Below, in pieces: positions 13,599-22,179 of a stretch of DNA of 47,596 nt. Source of the stretch: a virus; IMG/VR virus record IMGVR_UViG_3300050498_000023, positions 1 through 47,596 of that record, one strand, 5' to 3'. Position 1 is the stretch's first letter, and each line of letters starts with the position of its first letter. Below the pieces are notes generated by a model. That model did not search any database. It saw only the letters and a program-made list of their open reading frames with translations, and was not told where the DNA came from. The translations under genes and the position numbers were made by a program.

Positions 13599-14296
13599 TG
13601 AACCTGAATAACCGTCCCACCAAAGGCAATTGTGAGTTTTGCACCCGCGTGGATGTGATGCTCACAGTTCGCCACGGCGACATGATGTGCGATGAGTGTA
13701 TTGCACGTGAAGTTGCCGTCGAAAGGACAATCGCGGATACGCGCAAGGTCGTCGATGATGCGCGTAAATTGGATGATACTATCCAATTGAATCAGGATAT
13801 CTGGAACGCGGCTACAGTCTCATTTCATGAGCTGGAGCAGGCGATTCAGAATAACCCTTCTATACCAGCGACGGAGAAGCAATTCTCGCTGGTAAACGAA
13901 GCGGCAATCCGCATTCAGAAATTGAACGCGGCAATCTTCGAGCAGGAAGCAGCAGTAATTGCCCTCAAAAACGAGCGTCACTCGCTCGTCACGCAAACGC
14001 AGAATGCCGCTGCGAAATTGAATGCCGAGCATCTGGCAAAGTTCAAGCAATACGACCTGAGCTACACGTCACCGGGCATCACCAAAAAAGAGAAATCGGT
14101 GAAACCGATTTCTTCATCGAGCAAGAAAGTCAAGTTCTCAAAAGAGGACTTGTATGCAGCAGCGAAGAAATACAACCTAAACGCTACTGCGATACAGATG
14201 ACGGCAGCAGCGCGTAACATCGTCCCTGAAGCAGCCGCGAAAGTACTCGTAGAACTAGCTGCTGAGGCTGCTGCCAAAAGAACCAAGAGCAACTAG
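13598..14296 (+). CDS. 232-aa protein with an N-terminal zinc ribbon and a long coiled coil
   Basis: TAATG coupling to the upstream gene. CEFC...CDEC is followed by an Ala/Gln/Lys-rich helical region. Confidence 0.6.
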   Translation: MNLNNRPTKGNCEFCTRVDVMLTVRHGDMMCDECIAREVAVERTIADTRKVVDDARKLDDTIQLNQDIWNAATVSFHELEQAIQNNPSIPATEKQFSLVNEAAIRIQKLNAAIFEQEAAVIALKNERHSLVTQTQNAAAKLNAEHLAKFKQYDLSYTSPGITKKEKSVKPISSSSKKVKFSKEDLYAAAKKYNLNATAIQMTAAARNIVPEAAAKVLVELAAEAAAKRTKSN

Positions 14297-14321
14297 ATAC
14301 TGACTCCGAAAGGACAGTAAA

Positions 14322-16400
14322 ATGACACGCCAACAAGCGTCAGAATTACTTCACAAGAAACTAATTGAGCACGGACTATCTGATTGGTCCGTGCGACTGA
14401 ACCAGAATGCAGACTCACGTTTTCTCGGACTCTGTAGCTACAAGGACAAGTGTATTATCTTGTCGGCTCATCACATTGATATACATCCTGAACCGGATGT
14501 AGTCAACACGATTCTCCACGAAGTGGCCCACGCGCTCACACCCGGACATCACCACGACGAAGTTTGGGCAGCAAAAGCGCGTGAAATTGGTTGCGATAAC
14601 ACTCTCCCCTGTAGTAATCTCTCCTTGTCACCCGAAGTAATCGACGCTATCCGGTCGGGCGCGACGGTGGAAGTTACATTCGACACGCAAGTAATACGCA
14701 CGCCGAAATACAACATCACCCGTCTGCAAGACAAGTGTGAATACTGCGGGAAAGTCGCAAAAACCGTCAGTGAAAAGACAATCGCGAGTAGTGACGAAAC
14801 ACGGCCGGACCTGAAATACATTCGGCTGGAATGCGGCCATCTACTCATCAAGAAAATCCCAAAGGGCACGCCGTTCCATGCGTATCAGGCATTTGGCGAC
14901 CCTGCCTGCAAACACAAGTGGGACAAGAACACTTGTATATCATGCGGCCGTAAAAGGCTGTATGATTATCAGGTGACAGGCGCGCAGTTCCTTGAAGCTG
15001 GCCTAGCTGTAAACAAGGGTGCAGCGTGTTTTGATGAAATGGGCCTTGGTAAGCAAATCATGGCGCAGGCTGTGACGTATTACCACGAGGAGTTGCATCC
15101 CGTTCTGTGGATTATGAAGGCCGGCGCGAAGTATCAGGCTGCTACATCGATTATGAAGTGGAATGGCAACGCGCACGTCCCACAAGTAATCGACACTAGC
15201 GCCGAGTATCTGATTCCCGGTCTGAAGCACTACATCATCAGCTACGATATGCTGGTGCCGAAAACGCGCAAACTGAAGTCCGGTAAGACGGTTACGAGCG
15301 GCTTCGACATCACGCAATTTGACCGCGTTGGGATTAAGCTGGTGATACTCGATGAGTGTCAGCAGATTAAGAACGTGGACAGCTCACGGACACAGATGGT
15401 CCGTCGCGTCGTAGCAAACCGTAAAGTCCTGCCCCTCTCTGGTACTCCTTGGAATAACCGTGGCAGTGAGTTGTTTCCCGTCTTTAACATGATGGACCCG
15501 CGACGTTTCTCGTCTGAAGCGGGTTTCCGTCGTGATTGGGTTGCTACTTACTGGCAGGGCAGCTACGAGAAAGAAGGTGGAATCAGGAACATCGCGCGGT
15601 TCAAGGAATACACGAAAGACCTCTGCATTCGTCGTGAGCGTATCGAAGTAATGCCCGAAATGCCACTCGTGAATCGCACGAAACTCTACGTCAAGATGGA
15701 CGCGCAGGCAGAAATCGCGTATGACGACGCGGTGAATGAGTTCGTAGCGTGGTATGAGGAGCAAGTAGGCGAGATGAGCGGCATGGCTATTATCGCGGCC
15801 ATGCAGAAAATGCGTCACCTTGTAGCAATCGCGAAGATTCCTGCTACGCTGGAATTCGTAGACGAGTTCGTAGAGGATACTGATAGAAAGCTGGTCGTAT
15901 TCGCGCATCACAAAGACGTGCAGGCGCTACTCTATGAGGAAATCAAGAACAAATACAGCGCGGAATTTCCCGTCCTGCGGCTCGTAGCGGAACAAGACCC
16001 CGCTGAGAGATTCGACGTAGTAAACAAGTTCAACGCAGCACCACGTTCCATACTCGTCGCGTCACAACTTGCAGCGGGTGATTCTATTAACCTGCAAACA
16101 TGCGCGGACTGCGTGATGCACGAGAGGCAATGGAATCCGGGTAAAGAGGAGCAATGCGAAGGACGTTTCCCGCGTCCGGGCCAACTCGCGACGAGCATCA
16201 ACGCAACATACGTGCACTTGGACGGGCTAACGACAATTGACCCGCAACTTGACGGTATTGTCGAACGTAAGCGTATTCAGTTCCATACGTGGGGCAACAA
16301 GTCCGAGATGGTCCAGTGGAACGAGAATGCAATGATGAAAGAACTTGCAGCCACTATCGTCAACGCGCATAACGCCAAAAAGAACCGGAAGGCGTCATGA
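14322..16400 (+). CDS. SprT-like zinc-metallopeptidase domain fused to an SNF2-family helicase
   Basis: HEVAH at 14517-14531 in an SprT-like context (ILSAHHIDIHPEPDVVNTILHEVAHAL). Cys clusters follow. SNF2 motifs: DEMGLGKQ (I), LDECQQIKN (II), LSGTPWNN (III), AGDSINLQ (V), WNPGKEEQCEGRFPRPGQ (VI). Confidence 0.8.
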   Translation: MTRQQASELLHKKLIEHGLSDWSVRLNQNADSRFLGLCSYKDKCIILSAHHIDIHPEPDVVNTILHEVAHALTPGHHHDEVWAAKAREIGCDNTLPCSNLSLSPEVIDAIRSGATVEVTFDTQVIRTPKYNITRLQDKCEYCGKVAKTVSEKTIASSDETRPDLKYIRLECGHLLIKKIPKGTPFHAYQAFGDPACKHKWDKNTCISCGRKRLYDYQVTGAQFLEAGLAVNKGAACFDEMGLGKQIMAQAVTYYHEELHPVLWIMKAGAKYQAATSIMKWNGNAHVPQVIDTSAEYLIPGLKHYIISYDMLVPKTRKLKSGKTVTSGFDITQFDRVGIKLVILDECQQIKNVDSSRTQMVRRVVANRKVLPLSGTPWNNRGSELFPVFNMMDPRRFSSEAGFRRDWVATYWQGSYEKEGGIRNIARFKEYTKDLCIRRERIEVMPEMPLVNRTKLYVKMDAQAEIAYDDAVNEFVAWYEEQVGEMSGMAIIAAMQKMRHLVAIAKIPATLEFVDEFVEDTDRKLVVFAHHKDVQALLYEEIKNKYSAEFPVLRLVAEQDPAERFDVVNKFNAAPRSILVASQLAAGDSINLQTCADCVMHERQWNPGKEEQCEGRFPRPGQLATSINATYVHLDGLTTIDPQLDGIVERKRIQFHTWGNKSEMVQWNENAMMKELAATIVNAHNAKKNRKAS

Positions 16401-16753
16401 GATTCTGGTTTAACGACGAATTCGCTCCCATGATGTATCCGACATCTGAGGACTTACTAGAAATAAACTTCCATGCAATCGTGTCTGATTGTCGAGGACT
16501 GATACGCGGTACACTAGTGCCGCGCTCGTGGGCAGACCTGTCTGATACATGGAGTAAAGAGCCTGATGAGATAAAGGTACGACATCGGGCTAACAGCATC
16601 GAGACAGCAGAAAAGATGCAACGTAGTCGCATGAAGTGTCTTGCGCGCACTAACAGGCGTAACCGTATTAAACAGATGGCGCGTGTTCTCGAAGCCAACG
16701 GTATGCCTCTTGAACTGGCACTAGTCAAGGCGAAGGAACTACTCACAAAATGA
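16397..16753 (+). CDS. 118-aa hypothetical protein
   Basis: ATGA overlap with the helicase stop; basic C-terminal half. Confidence 0.55.
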   Translation: MRFWFNDEFAPMMYPTSEDLLEINFHAIVSDCRGLIRGTLVPRSWADLSDTWSKEPDEIKVRHRANSIETAEKMQRSRMKCLARTNRRNRIKQMARVLEANGMPLELALVKAKELLTK

Positions 16754-16941
16754 GTAGACAGGCGAAGTGGCAGCGTGAACGACGTGCTAGTGACCAATGC
16801 CGTATATGTGGTGCACCCACTGCGGCATACGTCACTAGTACTGGTGTGGCGAAACAATACGCTTATTGCACTACGCATCGCGCTCAGAGTCGTGAGCGAT
16901 ACTTGAAACTGAAACTGGAAAAAGAGAAGGAGAACAAGTAA
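16750..16941 (+). CDS. 63-aa Cys-containing basic protein
   Basis: ATGA overlap. CRICGAP...YCTTH followed by a Lys/Glu tail. Confidence 0.5.
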   Translation: MSRQAKWQRERRASDQCRICGAPTAAYVTSTGVAKQYAYCTTHRAQSRERYLKLKLEKEKENK

Positions 16942-17171
16942 TGGACAAAGACAATCCGCTTGTCGAGTTGATTCGTGTAGTCGCTTCAAGTTCGTTGACC
17001 CTCGACAAGTCACTACTCCAATTGTGTGAGGCATTGATTGCAGAGGTGAATGTCCACACTGAAGTAATTCGTAATCAGCAGGAGAGAATTACGAGGCTGG
17101 AGCAGCGTCACGAGGCTCTGTTGACGGCATTCTACTCGCACTGTCAGGACGTAGCAGAGGAGATTCACTGA
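16941..17171 (+). CDS. 76-aa hypothetical helical protein
   Basis: TAATG overlap with the previous gene; coiled-coil-like QQERITRLEQRHEALL. Confidence 0.5.
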   Translation: MDKDNPLVELIRVVASSSLTLDKSLLQLCEALIAEVNVHTEVIRNQQERITRLEQRHEALLTAFYSHCQDVAEEIH

Positions 17172-17338
17172 TGTCAGTACTCCAGTTTCTCATCCATCCT
17201 CAGTACGGTTGCTGCACCACTGGCGAACTGATGGCACTTAACCGTATGGACAAGGACGGCTACAAGAAGCTGACTGATTGGGCGCGCGAGGAAATGACAG
17301 CGCGCGGCATTCCAATCGACGCGCCAACGGCGAAGTAA
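17171..17338 (+). CDS. 55-aa hypothetical protein; not on the ORF track
   Basis: Hand translation gives MSVLQFLIHPQYGCCTTGELMALNRMDKDGYKKLTDWAREEMTARGIPIDAPTAK. TGATG and TAATG coupling at the two ends. Confidence 0.45.
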   Translation: MSVLQFLIHPQYGCCTTGELMALNRMDKDGYKKLTDWAREEMTARGIPIDAPTAK

Positions 17339-17436
17339 TGAAGATACTACTTCTGTCACTACTAGCCATCATAACCGTCATGGTGGCTATACTAATCCGT
17401 GCAATGAATGAATCTGAGTGGAGGCACAAAAACTAA
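17338..17436 (+). CDS. 32-aa single-TM micro-protein; not on the ORF track
   Basis: MKILLLSLLAIITVMVAILIRAMNESEWRHKN; TAATG coupling at both ends. Confidence 0.35.
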   Translation: MKILLLSLLAIITVMVAILIRAMNESEWRHKN

Positions 17437-17600
17437 TGAACATGAAAGTCGGAAAGACAATTGGATGGCTCTACATCGTAATACTCGTGCTGTTAATTGT
17501 GTGGGGTTTCTCACGCAATATGCGACACGAACTACCCGCGCTGCACTGTCCTGAACCAAAGGGATGTGTAGCAATTCCACAAGAACCATACGAGAGGTGA
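17436..17600 (+). CDS. 54-aa single-TM protein
   Basis: MNMKVGKTIGWLYIVILVLLIVWGF... I prefer the ATG at 17436 (TAATG coupling) to the track's GTG at 17418. Confidence 0.45.
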   Translation: MNMKVGKTIGWLYIVILVLLIVWGFSRNMRHELPALHCPEPKGCVAIPQEPYER

Positions 17601-17601
17601 C

Positions 17602-17799
17602 ATGGCAAGCTACTACGACGATAACTACGGCTGGTACACTATCGAGTCACAAGATGACATCGACTTTTATCACCAGACTCAGCGCGCTTCTGTGCGTAAA
17701 AAGTGCAAAGGATGCGGGCAAACGGTGAAAATCAAACGTGAATACGCCTACTGCAACTCATGCGCGGACAAGCTGGAGAAGGGATACGACGTTGGATAA
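17602..17799 (+). CDS. 65-aa zinc-ribbon protein
   Basis: RBS gagg; CKGCGQ...CNSC. Confidence 0.55.
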   Translation: MASYYDDNYGWYTIESQDDIDFYHQTQRASVRKKCKGCGQTVKIKREYAYCNSCADKLEKGYDVG

Positions 17800-18028
17800 T
17801 GAATTCTCCGTCGTACAATTCTTCACGGACGGTACGCACGAATACGTCCGGCGTATGGTGAGTGCAGAGGAAGCTGTAAAGGCTGCGAAACACTACATGA
17901 GCAGCGTAGCCGTCAAGATGGGACTCGTGAATCGCGTAATCATCACTGATGGTGGTGACTGCTGCCGCTTCGACTGGGTAAAGGGTAAAGGTATAGTGTT
18001 TCCACTATATCTTATTGAGGAGAAGTAA
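17792..18028 (+). CDS. 78-aa hypothetical protein (start uncertain)
   Basis: Frame of track ORF 17738..18028, whose listed start is GTG. TTG 17792 follows ggagaaggg and avoids a 62-nt overlap. Confidence 0.4.
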   Translation: MDNEFSVVQFFTDGTHEYVRRMVSAEEAVKAAKHYMSSVAVKMGLVNRVIITDGGDCCRFDWVKGKGIVFPLYLIEEK

Positions 18029-18031
18029 CTA

Positions 18032-18220
18032 ATGGAATCCAAGAGCTACATCGAATTTCGTGTCTACTTGAAAGATGATGCGGACGTGCAGGAGGTTGGT
18101 GAAGCTGCATCAGAACTACAGGACCACATCATTGATATACTGGACCCTTCTACTGGCGATGTGCCTCCAGTGTTCACGCAGGATGTGACATATGAGGTGA
18201 TATACGTGAAGAAGGAGTAA
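18032..18220 (+). CDS. 62-aa acidic hypothetical protein
   Basis: RBS ggag; Asp/Glu-rich. Confidence 0.5.
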   Translation: MESKSYIEFRVYLKDDADVQEVGEAASELQDHIIDILDPSTGDVPPVFTQDVTYEVIYVKKE

Positions 18221-18350
18221 CGAATCTTTTGATGGGGGAATAACCTTAAACACGAGCCTCTCAACTTGCCATTGAACACTCGTGGATGCTTCTCCTGAGT
18301 CGCATTATAGGTTGTTCCTCCTTCAAAGGAGTAGTTATCTGGAGCGTGTC

Positions 18351-18431
18351 GTGCTAGAAGTTATTGTAGTAGTTCTGATTGTGCTAACTTGGGTCTGGAT
18401 AATTAACAGGTCGAGGAGTAAAGAACAATGA
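18351..18431 (+). CDS. 26-aa single-TM micro-protein; not on the ORF track
   Basis: GTG start after ggag. Sequence LEVIVVVLIVLTWVWIINRSRSKEQ. The stop overlaps the next ATG (ATGA). Confidence 0.3.
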   Translation: MLEVIVVVLIVLTWVWIINRSRSKEQ

Positions 18432-18598
18432 ACTGGCGAAGTGTGAAGATTCACTTAGAGGATAAGATTGTACTCGTAGTGGAGTTTCTCACGCGCGATG
18501 AACTTGTACTAGTGAAGAAATACAAGGGAATGGATACGGCGTTTCGATTCGACGTATGCAATTGGCTTGAAGGTGAACTACCTGCTACTGAACTATAG
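18428..18598 (+). CDS. 56-aa hypothetical protein; not on the ORF track
   Basis: Hand translation gives MNWRSVKIHLEDKIVLVVEFLTRDELVLVKKYKGMDTAFRFDVCNWLEGELPATEL. The antisense 83-aa track ORF is rejected. Confidence 0.45.
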   Translation: MNWRSVKIHLEDKIVLVVEFLTRDELVLVKKYKGMDTAFRFDVCNWLEGELPATEL

Positions 18599-18607
18599 GA
18601 GACTGTT

Positions 18608-19279
18608 ATGACTGAAGGTAAGGCGCTACAACCGCTGACTAACGGCGGAACTGTACTCATTGTCGGTGTGAAGTCGTCGAATCTGAATGATGAGATTCGC
18701 ACTCACCCGCGTGTAATTCTTTGGGACAGTCAGCAAGAACACTGGACTGACAAGGACATTCCGTCCAACGTGCGCGTAATCTTCATGACGCGATTCATTG
18801 GACATGCTGCGTTCGAGAAGATACTAGGTGAGGCGCGTAAGAAGCAGCTCACTATCTTCAATCCAGAAGGCACGGGGATGATTGTGAAGCAAGTGAGAGA
18901 GTTACTCGCGCTTGAGCCGAAGTCAACTGATGTGCAACAACCAATTGCTACACCAGGGAAACTAATTCCTCTACGTCCATTCATCGACCTCAGTAAGACG
19001 AATGTAGAGAATGGTCGTATTCTTCTGGCAAAGGCGAAGGAACTTGGAATTATTACAACTGAGCATTCACTCGCTCAGATGGTCAGTGTTCATCGACGTA
19101 GGATGAGCGGAACTGCTGTACCAAGAAGTATTCGAGCGAAGTTGGATGTGTCGGTTGAGATACTCGACAACATGATTCAATCGCTGAAGGACATGCGTGA
19201 TTTCCTTATCGCTACGACTGAGGAGAACCGCACACTGCGAGCCAAGATGGAAAACTTCAAGAAACTGATGGAGCTGTGA
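18608..19279 (+). CDS. 223-aa hypothetical protein (N-terminal DUF2325-like pattern, low certainty)
   Basis: RBS ggag. TVLIVGVKSS...VRVIFMTRFIGHAAFEKILGEARKKQLTIF resembles the remembered DUF2325 pattern. Confidence 0.55.
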   Translation: MTEGKALQPLTNGGTVLIVGVKSSNLNDEIRTHPRVILWDSQQEHWTDKDIPSNVRVIFMTRFIGHAAFEKILGEARKKQLTIFNPEGTGMIVKQVRELLALEPKSTDVQQPIATPGKLIPLRPFIDLSKTNVENGRILLAKAKELGIITTEHSLAQMVSVHRRRMSGTAVPRSIRAKLDVSVEILDNMIQSLKDMRDFLIATTEENRTLRAKMENFKKLMEL

Positions 19280-19458
19280 TGCCTGAAAAAGATAGTGAAT
19301 TCGAGGATATTCCTGAAGATATCAGGAATGCCCTAGTTCAACTAGCAGCGGACTTTATCAATGAGACCGGAGTTTCATTCGATGAAGTTCGAGACTTTAT
19401 GGCGGAAGTAATTCGACTGCATGGCGAATACTTACGCCGGAAGGAGAATGTTCACTAA
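19279..19458 (+). CDS. 59-aa acidic hypothetical protein
   Basis: The ATG at 19279 overlaps the upstream TGA (TGATG). Confidence 0.45.
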   Translation: MPEKDSEFEDIPEDIRNALVQLAADFINETGVSFDEVRDFMAEVIRLHGEYLRRKENVH

Positions 19459-20411
19459 TGGTAGACGTAATTGCTGCACCGAAGAAGAACATAATCATGG
19501 ACGCCACAACTCTATCTAGTCTGATGAGTTGCGCGCGGCTCATGGACTTACGCCTCAACCACCGTTTCATCTCCACGAAAGGCAAGTCGAATAGCCTCGA
19601 AGTAGGGACGTTAATCCACAAAGTGCTGGAGGTGTATTACAAGCACAAGATTAACGGCTTCCCAAACTCGACGGCTATCGGCAATGCATTAGCAGCAGGT
19701 CAACTCTTTATTGTTGGCTGTCCACATTGTGCGTCCATAGTAGAGGGTACGCCTAGCTGCGGGCATGAGATTGGCGAGTACCCCGGCTTGCAGAACACGC
19801 CAGAAATGAATGACCGTTATGTGGTCGGTTGGCGTTTCGCGCTCCAAACCTGCGAGCAATACTTCGATTTCTACAAGAACGATTCATTTATCACACTCGC
19901 GTGTGAGCAGGTGAAGGGCGAGGTACTCTACGAGGACGACGAGATACGCATCTTGTGGAAAGCGAAGTTCGACTTAATCATCGACAACTCACAAATCGGT
20001 ATCGTGTCGATGGACCACAAGACATTCAAACAGCGCCGTGATAAGTCTACACTGAGTAACCAGACCACAGGACAGTGTCTCCTGCTGAAGTCACGCAACG
20101 TAATCATCAATAAGATTGGGTTGCAGACTACGCTGAAGATTGACGAGAGACTCACGCGCGAAATCGTATCGTACTCAGCAGATAGACTGCTAGAGTGGCA
20201 GACGGAGATTCTCCCCTACTACGCCTACAAGTATATCCAGTTCTCTGAGAGCGGATATTGGCCTCCGAACTACACGCACTGTGATAACGTGTATGGTCCC
20301 TGCATGTTCAAGCAGATTTGCGAAGCGGATAGGAACATGCGTGAGGAAGTTCTGCGTAATGAATATCAGATTGGCCCCGCGTGGGACCCAACTAATCGGG
20401 GAGATGACTAA
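19458..20411 (+). CDS. PD-(D/E)XK exonuclease, Cas4/RecB-like, with a Cys cluster
   Basis: FDLIID ... VSMDHKTFKQ core (D...D-x-K), with an N-terminal Cys and a C-terminal HCDNVYGPCMFKQIC cluster typical of Cas4-type Fe-S nucleases. Confidence 0.65.
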   Translation: MVDVIAAPKKNIIMDATTLSSLMSCARLMDLRLNHRFISTKGKSNSLEVGTLIHKVLEVYYKHKINGFPNSTAIGNALAAGQLFIVGCPHCASIVEGTPSCGHEIGEYPGLQNTPEMNDRYVVGWRFALQTCEQYFDFYKNDSFITLACEQVKGEVLYEDDEIRILWKAKFDLIIDNSQIGIVSMDHKTFKQRRDKSTLSNQTTGQCLLLKSRNVIINKIGLQTTLKIDERLTREIVSYSADRLLEWQTEILPYYAYKYIQFSESGYWPPNYTHCDNVYGPCMFKQICEADRNMREEVLRNEYQIGPAWDPTNRGDD

Positions 20412-20600
20412 GTGAAACTACGACGAGTTCAATACATTTACAACAATCAACCTCATCAAACAGGAACCTTCTATTTTCACGGTTTCTTTATGATTGAAGG
20501 TGAAGTAAAAGCTCTAGTTGAAAATGGAAAGGGTGAGATGGAATGGATTGAAATGTATCGACTCCGTTTCATTGATAGTCCCGATACAGGAGGAGACTAA
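20412..20600 (+). CDS. 62-aa hypothetical protein
   Basis: GTG start with ggggag 8 nt upstream. Confidence 0.4.
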   Translation: MKLRRVQYIYNNQPHQTGTFYFHGFFMIEGEVKALVENGKGEMEWIEMYRLRFIDSPDTGGD

Positions 20601-20651
20601 TGACTGTCCGCGAATTGCTCGAATTGCTGCATGACTTTGAGAGGGATGTAA

Positions 20652-20882
20652 ATGCCTAACTGTGTATCGGATGATTGGGTAGTTGTCAACGTCCAAGGCA
20701 TTCGGAATGCTACATGGGGTGAAGCCTCATACGTTAGTTCAACCAACGTAGGTAAACCATTCTTTATCTCGTTGACATACAAGGGTGCTCATAACACCTT
20801 CTACTACCGAACTGAAGCCGAAGCACGCACAATCTTCAATAAGATTCGTGCAGCAATGGATAAGGAGTTCAAGAATGCCTAA
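20652..20882 (+). CDS. 76-aa hypothetical protein
   Basis: ATG with an upstream gagaggg; the stop overlaps the next start. Confidence 0.5.
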   Translation: MPNCVSDDWVVVNVQGIRNATWGEASYVSSTNVGKPFFISLTYKGAHNTFYYRTEAEARTIFNKIRAAMDKEFKNA

Positions 20883-21687
20883 CATGAGCGACGTGAACTT
20901 CGATGCTCTCTATGTAATGATGAAGGGTGAGCCGGGTACACGTAAATCAACTCAGGCGTTATCATTCCCTGGACCACAGGAATGGTTCTCGTGGGATAGG
21001 AAGATGAACGGCATCTACCTACCCATGAAGAAGTGGGGAATTGACCCAAAAACTATCAGTTACACGGACTACGACGACTGGAATAAGCCTCGTGCGCGCT
21101 TAGAGAAACTTCAGGTAAACTGTCCGTTCAAGACGCTAGTATTCGACAGTCTTACTTCGATGTGCGACATGACACTACGCCAAACGCTGAAGATGAAGTA
21201 TGGCGTAACACGTCAGTCAGGCGCAGCAGCGGGTAAACTGATTGCGGGTATTGCAGTAAACGAAATTGAGGATTATAACGCTGAAGCTGCTGGATTACAG
21301 GAACTAATTGCGTTGACGAAAGATATCAACGCATTCCACAGAGTCAACATCATCCTCATCGCGCACGTCGTTCAAGCGGAATATCGCAACACGACGAACA
21401 ACACAACTCACATTTCCCGCACGATAATAACTGCGGGCAAGAAAGTTGCGCCGAAAATCCCTGCTTATTGTGGTGAAGTATACCACTTCAACATTAAGAA
21501 GGGAATGGTAGAGGGAGCAGGAGGTGACTATTCACTGTTAACTGAACATACAGGTGACGACTTCGCACGGACAGCGTTGGGATTGGACAGAGAAATTGTC
21601 TTTGGTGACAAACCTCTCTACGACACGTATCTCAAACCTGCCATCAACCGAATGCAACAAACGTACGTACCTCTGACAAAAGTCTAA
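20875..21687 (+). CDS. Sak4-like (AAA_24 type) RecA-fold ATPase
   Basis: Walker A GEPGTRKST, Walker B TLVFDSLTS, and a C-terminal YSLLTEHTGDDFARTALG pattern. The ATG at 20875 overlaps the previous stop; the track start at 20785 is rejected. Confidence 0.6.
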   Translation: MPNMSDVNFDALYVMMKGEPGTRKSTQALSFPGPQEWFSWDRKMNGIYLPMKKWGIDPKTISYTDYDDWNKPRARLEKLQVNCPFKTLVFDSLTSMCDMTLRQTLKMKYGVTRQSGAAAGKLIAGIAVNEIEDYNAEAAGLQELIALTKDINAFHRVNIILIAHVVQAEYRNTTNNTTHISRTIITAGKKVAPKIPAYCGEVYHFNIKKGMVEGAGGDYSLLTEHTGDDFARTALGLDREIVFGDKPLYDTYLKPAINRMQQTYVPLTKV

Positions 21688-21701
21688 AAGGAGACTAGCA
21701 C

Positions 21702-22100
21702 ATGGCTATTTTCACGTTCTCGGATTCTGACCTCCTCCGCAATCGTATTGTGGAGCCTGCGTGGTACGTGTTGGACATTCAAGAGCATCGCGATTGGTCG
21801 CCTACTAAGGACGGTCAGTCCAACAACTGCCACTACGAGACTGTCATTGTCAAGAATGCTGACAATGGCAACGATGAATTCTCCGGCGTACCGATTACGC
21901 TTCAGTTCAATGACAAACCCAAGGCGCGGGGATTCATTGAGGGATTCCTTCGTGGATTGGGCGTTGAAGTTGCTGCGGGTCAACGGTATGACGGTAACAG
22001 CGCCGTTGGTAAGAAGATCGAAGCGTTCATCGAGAATGACACGTTCAATGGTCGTCTCGTGAACCGCGTGAACCACAAGTATCGCATCGCGCGCGGCTAG
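21702..22100 (+). CDS. SSB-like protein (DUF669-type, tentative)
   Basis: RBS aaggag. The call rests on position right after the Sak4-like ATPase and on its size of 132 aa. The antisense 147-aa ORF is rejected. Confidence 0.4.
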   Translation: MAIFTFSDSDLLRNRIVEPAWYVLDIQEHRDWSPTKDGQSNNCHYETVIVKNADNGNDEFSGVPITLQFNDKPKARGFIEGFLRGLGVEVAAGQRYDGNSAVGKKIEAFIENDTFNGRLVNRVNHKYRIARG

Positions 22101-22110
22101 CAAGTAGATA

Positions 22111-22148
22111 TGGACCAGAGTAGTCACGACCTATACTACTCTGGTCCA
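22111..22148 (+). terminator. Perfect 14-bp stem hairpin (terminator or processing site candidate)
   Basis: TGGACCAGAGTAGT (22111-22124), 10-nt loop, ACTACTCTGGTCCA (22135-22148). No U-run follows. Confidence 0.45.
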
Positions 22149-22179
22149 CTCCAATTAACTAGGTCCAACAGAGAATAAC

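Noticed and set aside
15384-15911. 175-aa minus-strand ORF inside the SNF2 gene, with similar antisense ORFs at 21684..22127 and 26473..26916
   Set aside because: Each is fully embedded antisense in a gene with strong motif support (SNF2 motifs, SSB-like/RBS, DUF3987-like). There are no RBSs and no recognisable domains.
16360-17034. 224-aa minus-strand ORF
   Set aside because: It is antisense to four plus-strand genes linked by ATGA/TAATG coupling. The product is Ser/Arg/Leu/Thr-rich low-complexity sequence, and no other minus-strand gene exists in this arm.
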